A stretch of 64,000 nt of DNA. Source: a virus. Lineage: Duplodnaviria; Caudoviricetes. The stretch is from IMG/VR virus record IMGVR_UViG_3300023060_000001, positions 1 through 64,000 of that record. One strand, 5' to 3'. The notes below the pieces were generated by a model that worked only from the letters and a program-made list of their open reading frames with translations, did no database searches and was not told the origin of the DNA. The position numbers and the translations under genes were made by a program. Numbering within the stretch: the stretch's first letter is position 1; each line of letters opens with the position of its first letter. This document shows positions 57,529-64,000 of this stretch, piece by piece.

Positions 57529-57758
57529 AATATTTCTCCTCATAATTAGCTTTCCCAGAAACGAGAAAACCTTCAATAGAGGTGATTCTACTGAAGGTTT
57601 TGTGTTGTGTCAAGGGTTATTTGTTAAAAACCTTATAAGATTTACCATTAGATAAAGTTATTATTGTAGAAGATTCTCCACTTGCAATAAAAACTTCATC
57701 ACAACCCTACAATTTTCATCAGATAGAATTATTTTGGCTAGGTTTCCTTTTAATGCTT

Positions 57759-58598
57759 TCATGTATCTTCTTTTAGAATACAAAGCACTTCCTTTTTTGT
57801 TAAAAGAGGTCTATCCGAAGGTACCCATCCTGTGCATACTGGTAACAGGAAGTATTTACCTTTAGTATAAGATTTTTGAATATAGACTGACTTTCTTATA
57901 TCTTTGAGGTTATAACGTCTAAGGTTTCCCATTATACCTGATAACTCTGAGTTTAAAAGTAGGTCGGTTAAGTTAAAAAGTTTACTTTCCATAATATTAA
58001 CCTTTTTAAATTTCTCTATATTAAACTTATAGAACTTATTACCTTTATGGTGAAAAGTGTTTATATACCCTTTCGTTTCTAAGTGAAGTATATAAGTTTT
58101 CCACTTACTCCTGTGTACGGAAGTAAACCCCTTAATACCTGCTTCAATGAAAGACCTACATATAAAGAATAAGGTTGATAATCTCTGGTCTCCCTTATCA
58201 TTACCTCTATTAAGGTCTTTGTGCTTTATTTTTTGTCTAGATACATTATCAAATTTTAAGAGTTTTGCATAAACATAACCTTGTTTATCCCTAACAGGTA
58301 TTTTGTTAGAATAATTTAAAAACTCCTTTGATTTTTGGTAATCTCTTGAATTTTTAGATGACATCCTAAGAAGGGCGAATGCCATAGATACTTTCTCTGT
58401 ACCACTGGTAATTAGGAATAGAAGTTTATGAGCTATAAAATGCTCTTTATAAGTAAGTTTTACTAAGTTACCATCTTCATCTGAACCTCCCATGCTTCTT
58501 GGTAGTATGTGGTGTACTTCAAAATCACCGCCCTTTTCACAACCTCTTTTGGTTTTTCTATCTAAGCACAACTGCTCGTAAATCTTCTTATAGTTAAT
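57759..58598 (-). CDS. HNH homing endonuclease, probable ATT start
   Basis: EVHHILPRSMGG.D...NLVKLT.KEHF.AH.LL; extends upstream in frame to (I)NYKKIYEQL, 7 nt after AGGAG. Confidence 0.8.
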   Translation of the reverse strand: MNYKKIYEQLCLDRKTKRGCEKGGDFEVHHILPRSMGGSDEDGNLVKLTYKEHFIAHKLLFLITSGTEKVSMAFALLRMSSKNSRDYQKSKEFLNYSNKIPVRDKQGYVYAKLLKFDNVSRQKIKHKDLNRGNDKGDQRLSTLFFICRSFIEAGIKGFTSVHRSKWKTYILHLETKGYINTFHHKGNKFYKFNIEKFKKVNIMESKLFNLTDLLLNSELSGIMGNLRRYNLKDIRKSVYIQKSYTKGKYFLLPVCTGWVPSDRPLLTKKEVLCILKEDT

Positions 58599-58613
58599 AG
58601 TAACACTCCTTTA

Positions 58614-59894
58614 TTAAAATTCTATATCGTAAAAACAATTATCTCGTTTACCTAAAACACTTTCCCATGCTTCTCTCATAATATTAATTAGTAAATCTCT
58701 ATCCCCCACCTGAACAACAAAACTGTCATGCCAAGGAAGTATACATTTACCAAGTTTTATAAACTTATCAATAATGAAGGATGCAATTTCAGAATCATAG
58801 TGCTGCAACACTGCCCATAGTTTCTCTTTCCCAAACCAATGAGATATTTCCTTATTCTTCTCAAGAAGCCTTTCGAATATCTTATTTACTGAACCCTTAG
58901 GTAACTTTAAACTCGGTATTACCCTATTTTCCTTATTTTTATCATCACAGAAATATTTAAACAAAGCTGATTTAGCTTTACCTGTAGTCTCACAGTTAAG
59001 TAAGCACATAAGAGCAAACTTGCTTAATATTCTTGATTCCTTTTTACAACCTCCTGTGATGTCTGAAATATCCGTGTATGGTTCCCAATTCATAGGTTTT
59101 TTAATACCATCCAACTCCATTAATATTCTAGGGTGCATTTGCCTGAAATCTACTTCTGTGACCTTAACTCCATTTATAGTTATAAAAGGTCTTAGTAAAG
59201 AGCTGGTTGTTTGAAAAGAACCGTGGCTATACCAACGACCATGTAAATCAAGTAGATCAGTGAATACTCTTTTATATACAGCAGAAACTCGATGGGACTT
59301 ACACCTTATATCAAACTTCAAAAGCATCTCATTGTACTTCTTTACTAACTCCCTTTTATTTTTAATACCTTTAAGTTTACTGAGTTCCGTTATTATTTCC
59401 TTTGTTTTAGAATCTTTTAATTCTACATAAGTTTCTATAGGTAAAGGTCTCCCTACCTTATCTATATTAATTCTATCAAACAAAAGTCTTAATTTATCGT
59501 TTATAATAAAACAGCTTTTTAAGCTTAAACTCTCGCTGTGGTCATAAAACCCTTTGTAAAGAGTTATGTAACCTAAATCATCAAGCTTATCGATTATACG
59601 CTTACACTTAACGTAACTGATCTTACTGTTATTTAATTTATTGGCTTTTGTGTAGTCCTCTTTCCTCATAGAGAATATACTACCAGATAAATTATTCTTT
59701 ATAGGACTTACTGCAGCAGTTATAAAAACCCACAATTCCTTTTTGTGATTACTAGGGAAATACTTACTCAATTCATTATGGACAGGTTTAAGTTTATTGT
59801 CTTGAGTAAATCCTATATAGAATGGGTCACATCCTATCGTTATTAATGTTCTCTCCTCTATTGAGAGATCTTTTAAGTTTATCATTACATTCAC
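58614..59894 (-). CDS. compact family A polymerase-like protein without an exonuclease domain
   Basis: HGRWY, EVDFRQMHPRI (motif A), R..SK (motif B), LQ..DS, ILPWHDSF (motif C). Confidence 0.65.
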   Translation of the reverse strand: MNVMINLKDLSIEERTLITIGCDPFYIGFTQDNKLKPVHNELSKYFPSNHKKELWVFITAAVSPIKNNLSGSIFSMRKEDYTKANKLNNSKISYVKCKRIIDKLDDLGYITLYKGFYDHSESLSLKSCFIINDKLRLLFDRINIDKVGRPLPIETYVELKDSKTKEIITELSKLKGIKNKRELVKKYNEMLLKFDIRCKSHRVSAVYKRVFTDLLDLHGRWYSHGSFQTTSSLLRPFITINGVKVTEVDFRQMHPRILMELDGIKKPMNWEPYTDISDITGGCKKESRILSKFALMCLLNCETTGKAKSALFKYFCDDKNKENRVIPSLKLPKGSVNKIFERLLEKNKEISHWFGKEKLWAVLQHYDSEIASFIIDKFIKLGKCILPWHDSFVVQVGDRDLLINIMREAWESVLGKRDNCFYDIEF

Positions 59895-60027
59895 CTTCGT
59901 TATTTAGGTTTATATTGTTAATCATAATGTAATTCACACATGCTAGTATAAAACTAGGTCTAGATCTATAACCTCTATATTTATCGATATACTCCAATAA
60001 GGGACGGGGTATTATAAGTTTAAGCAT
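59827..60027 (-). CDS. ribbon-helix-helix-like DNA-binding protein
   Basis: Beta strand then LLEYID...SR.SFI..C pattern. Confidence 0.45.
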   Translation of the reverse strand: MLKLIIPRPLLEYIDKYRGYRSRPSFILACVNYIMINNINLNNEGECNDKLKRSLNRGENINNDRM

Positions 60028-60131
60028 AGTAATAATCCTATGTAATTATAGACAGAGTATCATATGGTTCGCTAAGAGGAAATTTAGACTTATAAAACTC
60101 CTCTACAGCCCATAACATACAAGGTTTTAGC

Positions 60132-60374
60132 TCAATCTATGAAATTCTCGAAGGTCGGATCGGTTGAGCAAATAATAGACAAATTACCCCCTAAACATTT
60201 TATAACATCTTCTATCACATTAACACTCACAGATGTACCATCTCTTTTTAAAATAGACACTAATTGTGACCTGTGAAATGCTCCTTCTCCTTTATCTAAT
60301 ATCTGGTCATATGTTAGATTTTTATCCTTTTTCAAAGTTATAACTATATTGCAAAGTTGCGTTTTGATACTCAT
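60132..60374 (-). CDS. XRE-like HTH protein
   Basis: K.LTY.QI...SQL..IL...S...IE.....LG; own promoter. Confidence 0.55.
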   Translation of the reverse strand: MSIKTQLCNIVITLKKDKNLTYDQILDKGEGAFHRSQLVSILKRDGTSVSVNVIEDVIKCLGGNLSIICSTDPTFENFID

Positions 60375-60456
60375 ATATTCTCCTATTTAACTCTATTATA
60401 CCAAGAAACTTAGTATATGTCAACAAACATGGTATACCCACCCTGCAATACGTATA

Positions 60457-60711
60457 CTACCCTCCCCTAACCCTAGACGAAATATACCTACAGGGACAAT
60501 AAGTACTCACCTCATCTAAAACCCCTTCATCAAATTCTCCCATAGTACAACCATGATCGTGTATCCCCGTTGGGTTCCTTGTATCCAATACGGTTATCTT
60601 AGTAGGATCATAACTCCACAACAAGTACCTACCACCTCTACAATAAACGTATTGATGGAAGGATGTGTTATGTTTATAGGATATCGCCCTTGTTCCATAC
60701 CTACCCATCAT
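60457..60711 (-). CDS. hypothetical protein
   Basis: Likely start is MMGR in an ATGA overlap. Confidence 0.5.
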   Translation of the reverse strand: MMGRYGTRAISYKHNTSFHQYVYCRGGRYLLWSYDPTKITVLDTRNPTGIHDHGCTMGEFDEGVLDEVSTYCPCRYISSRVRGG

Positions 60712-61001
60712 TCCTCCCCAAAAACATCCTCGCAATCTTTCATAATTTTCTCATTCTGTTTATCAATAAGAACCTTTGTATGAAATACACCCGCTAATAC
60801 AAAGACCAAATGTATTACTAAGAACACTGGTTCAAAGAAACCCGCCACCAACACCCCAATACCTGCTAAAAAGAAATCCCATTCCTTAATGATCGCATAG
60901 TGTAAGTATAAACCTCCTAGCAAGGCACCTCCGATATATGCCCAACCGTATCCCACTTTACGTGAATTGTATTCTAATTGTGCTTTAGTAGTTTTCTTCA
61001 T
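60708..61001 (-). CDS. TM2-like membrane protein
   Basis: AY....LGGL.LH..Y followed by hydrophobic helices. Confidence 0.6.
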   Translation of the reverse strand: MKKTTKAQLEYNSRKVGYGWAYIGGALLGGLYLHYAIIKEWDFFLAGIGVLVAGFFEPVFLVIHLVFVLAGVFHTKVLIDKQNEKIMKDCEDVFGEE

Positions 61002-61329
61002 TGTATTCTCCTATTTTACCGTAAGGTTTTGTCATGTAGTCTCTGATATTAAAATTAACATCTGTACAGTAGTTATGCCAATCACTATCCTCTGTTAATA
61101 ATTCGTTGTCAAGTATTTTACAAGGTATTCCGTACTCTTTCATATAAAGCAAAGCCCCTTTGCAAGGTTTAGATGGATCATCGTGACAAGCCCAAGTTTT
61201 ACCGTGACTAACTCTCATTTCCACTATATCCGCTGGAGAAGGAAGACACCCGTAATTCTGAACTATCTCACTCGCTTCATTAAAGGCAAAAGGACAAGCT
61301 CCTTCTGCATTACACTCTTTGTTACACAT
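60985..61329 (-). CDS. Cys-rich conserved phage protein
   Basis: CPFA.....QNYGCLP....WACH...KPC.G. Confidence 0.7.
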   Translation of the reverse strand: MCNKECNAEGACPFAFNEASEIVQNYGCLPSPADIVEMRVSHGKTWACHDDPSKPCKGALLYMKEYGIPCKILDNELLTEDSDWHNYCTDVNFNIRDYMTKPYGKIGEYNEENY

Positions 61330-61493
61330 AATATTCCTTCTAATTAAACATTTTCATAATGTGAGGTACACTTTATACATATAATTCACTTGTGTCAACC
61401 CTAATTGTAAAATTTATTATATTCTGTTATAATACCTCTTATGGATGCAATTCTGTATCCTGTCACAAAAACAACACTTTAAGGAAAAGATAA

Positions 61494-61889
61494 ATGAGTC
61501 CAGAAGCTGCCTTATTTGGCTTCAAATACCTCTTTTATATTGTTTGTGCAATCTTCGCTGTATTGTGGGGAGGGTTATTTCATTATGTCAAAAAGGATAA
61601 GGACAAACTGGATAACACTTACACAAAGACTGAAACTGATAAAATGATAGAACAGAATAAGTTATCTATCCAGCAAGAAATGGATGCTCGTTATGAAAAG
61701 TTGTTAGTAACCATTGAAAATGCACTATATCAGCAAGCAGAAGATCGTAGGACAAATTCAGAGGGTCGTAGAGATTACGATTATAAATTAGATACGATAC
61801 TAAACACTGTTAACAAGTTAGCTACTGATGTGGCAATCACTAATAACACAATCATAAACTTAGAAAAACGTCTAGATAAGGAAAAGTAA
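61494..61889 (+). CDS. holin-like / TM plus coiled-coil protein
   Basis: Single N-terminal TM segment then coiled coil; first gene of the membrane cluster. Confidence 0.55.
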   Translation: MSPEAALFGFKYLFYIVCAIFAVLWGGLFHYVKKDKDKLDNTYTKTETDKMIEQNKLSIQQEMDARYEKLLVTIENALYQQAEDRRTNSEGRRDYDYKLDTILNTVNKLATDVAITNNTIINLEKRLDKEK

Positions 61890-61890
61890 T

Positions 61891-61992
61891 ATGCCCACTT
61901 TGTTACCACCACCTGATAAACAACCACCTGTTGGTGGAGGAAAACCAAAAGACCCTAAACCGAAAGACAAAGACGAAAAAGAAGTTAACTAA
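61891..61992 (+). CDS. 33-aa Pro/Lys-rich peptide
   Basis: MPTLLPPPDKQPPVGGGKPKDPKPKDKDEKEVN; AAGGA RBS; its stop overlaps the next start. Confidence 0.55.
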   Translation: MPTLLPPPDKQPPVGGGKPKDPKPKDKDEKEVN

Positions 61993-62492
61993 TGGTGACT
62001 ACTGAGTGGACGACTTTTCACGTAGGCTATTATGAAATTATATTCTTTGTCTTACTGTTTGCACAGGAACATTTTAAAGATTTCGTATCTACTATATGTT
62101 GTCTACTCATGAGTTATTTGAGTAAATCGGTTCCTTTATACTTCATGGTAAATTACGATTGTACTTACTATGAAGCAGTGATGTTTTATGAAGCAATAAT
62201 ATATTGCTTTTCTATTATGATATTAGGGTCAAGAATAGGTGTTATGCTTTGTTGGGTATCCTCTATATCATTTTTTGTTAATGCTGTAGGGTGTTTCATG
62301 CCCTTACACAGTTTCTACGTTTACTACAAAGAGACTTACGTTTTTTGGAATGTATTCATGTTCGAAATTTTAGTTTGGACATGCTTAATAAATTCCAAAT
62401 GGAAACCTCACATTGTAAAATTTGACAAGTCAATCAAGCAGAAGATAGAGAAATTTTTCAGTAGATGGGGTGTTGGAGGAAAGATAAAATGA
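61992..62492 (+). CDS. multi-pass membrane protein
   Basis: About five hydrophobic segments. Confidence 0.65.
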   Translation: MVTTEWTTFHVGYYEIIFFVLLFAQEHFKDFVSTICCLLMSYLSKSVPLYFMVNYDCTYYEAVMFYEAIIYCFSIMILGSRIGVMLCWVSSISFFVNAVGCFMPLHSFYVYYKETYVFWNVFMFEILVWTCLINSKWKPHIVKFDKSIKQKIEKFFSRWGVGGKIK

Positions 62493-62983
62493 TAGAAGGT
62501 TTACTTACACTTCTGGCAAGTCCTGTTCTTGGAAGTATCTCGGGAATGATAGGGAATTGGATTCAGAAGAAGCAAGAAATAGAGATTATAAAAGAGCAGA
62601 ACAATCAACAATATAAGATGTCCATGCTCAATAGTGAGAATAAACGGAGAGAATTAGATGCCCAATCTACTGCAGACGGAAAGCGTTTAGATGGAGAGGC
62701 TTTTGTAAAAGCACAAGATGCACCAAAGACAGGATGGGCAGCAGGGTTAATGAGCGCCGTGAGAGTGCTTGTGACGACATATCTACTTATATTCATGTCC
62801 TACTTAGCTTATCAGGTGAATACACTTGTAGGGGGCTTAGAGACACTTCCTTTGGATGTATTGATTGACATGTACGGACAGATTATATTCAGCATAATTT
62901 ACCTCACTATTACAGCAATCACCTTCTGGTTTGGTCAAAGACCTTCTCAAACATTTAGAATGATTGGAGCACCAAAGTCATGA
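62489..62983 (+). CDS. putative holin (3TM-like)
   Basis: VR..VT and FWFG.R motifs; start is MIEG. Confidence 0.65.
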   Translation: MIEGLLTLLASPVLGSISGMIGNWIQKKQEIEIIKEQNNQQYKMSMLNSENKRRELDAQSTADGKRLDGEAFVKAQDAPKTGWAAGLMSAVRVLVTTYLLIFMSYLAYQVNTLVGGLETLPLDVLIDMYGQIIFSIIYLTITAITFWFGQRPSQTFRMIGAPKS

Positions 62984-63222
62984 CATTTTCACAAAAGATA
63001 AAAGAGTACAGAGTTTTCAGTATTAGTGCATGTTTATTCATATCTTATATGTTTTATCATATTGTAATGTGGATCACAAGATTTGGTTTGGAAGAATTAC
63101 AAGCTTTGAGTGCAGGGTCTGGTGTTGCGATCAGTGGTATATTTGCATCAATAGCAGCTACGTACAAATTTACCTATGAATTTAGTAGGAATAAAGAAGA
63201 ACACCAGAAGGAAAAAGAATAA
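62980..63222 (+). CDS. 2-TM membrane protein, lysis-associated
   Basis: Two hydrophobic helices with a charged C-terminus. Confidence 0.55.
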   Translation: MTFSQKIKEYRVFSISACLFISYMFYHIVMWITRFGLEELQALSAGSGVAISGIFASIAATYKFTYEFSRNKEEHQKEKE

Positions 63223-63974
63223 TGGCGTATGAATACGAAAAGTTGAGATGGGCTTCTGTTAATGAGACAGATCCTATTTCGGGGGAGAATAACAAAAGTG
63301 AGCCTCCTGCACAAGTTAAATCAAGTGGTTTAAAACGTTACCAAGCAGAACCTCGTCAATGGAATAACTATTTAAAAGCAGAAGTTTATAACGCAGTGAA
63401 GTCTTTGCAAGACCAGATCACTAATTTGACACAAGCTAACACTGATAACCAAGCATTGTTACAACTAATGTATAATGTTGGTGATGTGTGGATGACCCAG
63501 ACGGGAGATAATCCTGCTGATAGGTTTGGATTTGGTACATGGGAGAAAGTTCAAGGTAAGTTTATTGCCACTTCGAGTGACACTGATTCTACTTTTAGTC
63601 CTGTTGGTAAAACTGGTGGTAGTAAGACCCATACCCACAGTAATAATTTTACAGTACAAGGGCATACACTTACAGAAGCACAAGTACCAACCTATGCACA
63701 TAGCCATGATTACAGAGATCGCTATTATGCAGAGGATAGCAGTAATACTTCTTCATCGCCTTACCGAGAATTAATGCCCTCTAGTTATAATAATAATAGA
63801 GGTGCGGGTGACAGTGATACAAATAATATCTACTGGTTATATTATGACACTACTACAGAAAGTGATACTTTTGGTGGTGGTGGAAGTCACAATCACGGAT
63901 TAAGTGGCGGTGTTTCTACTGCAACAACATTACCTCCATATGAAACATATCATGTGTGGAAAAGAACAGCTTAA
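63222..63974 (+). CDS. tail fibre / baseplate wedge protein (T4 gp10 C-terminal-like)
   Basis: NPA..FGFGTW, TGGS..H.H, H.LT, LPPY....WKRTA. Confidence 0.8.
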   Translation: MAYEYEKLRWASVNETDPISGENNKSEPPAQVKSSGLKRYQAEPRQWNNYLKAEVYNAVKSLQDQITNLTQANTDNQALLQLMYNVGDVWMTQTGDNPADRFGFGTWEKVQGKFIATSSDTDSTFSPVGKTGGSKTHTHSNNFTVQGHTLTEAQVPTYAHSHDYRDRYYAEDSSNTSSSPYRELMPSSYNNNRGAGDSDTNNIYWLYYDTTTESDTFGGGGSHNHGLSGGVSTATTLPPYETYHVWKRTA

Positions 63975-64000
63975 TAAAATAAAGGAAATTAAATAATGGC

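Noticed and set aside
58614-59894. Reverse transcriptase or retron
   Set aside because: No YxDD motif; the motifs follow the family A pattern (HDS)

Overview
A 64-kb AT-rich segment of a lytic, contractile-tailed dsDNA phage genome. Gene order and protein types resemble ICP1-like myoviruses of marine Gammaproteobacteria; that assignment is an inference. Layout: (1) small early genes diverging from back-to-back sigma70-type promoters at about 5.85 kb; (2) a + strand replication module with primase-helicase, family A DNA polymerase and SSB; (3) a - strand virion module from terminase through portal, protease and capsid to neck, sheath, tube, tape measure, baseplate and tail spike; (4) two tRNAs preceded by a duplicated pseudoknotted ncRNA; (5) a DEDDh exonuclease and a compact PolA-like protein; (6) a + strand membrane/lysis cluster and a tail-fibre/baseplate gene. 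The genome is heavily invaded by selfish elements. Five group I introns could be mapped to the nucleotide: one in the polymerase HDE motif, one in the portal and three in the tape measure gene, where they leave 25- and 36-nt micro-exons. The terminase carries a Val1 class-3-type intein, and about eight homing endonuclease ORFs are present. The best candidates for undescribed biology are the twin covarying RNA motif next to the tRNAs, the triple-intron tape measure gene, and a non-canonical replication set (polymerase steric-gate E>Q, primase E>G and a second exo-less PolA-like enzyme). All calls come from reading motifs by eye; no database searches were run.
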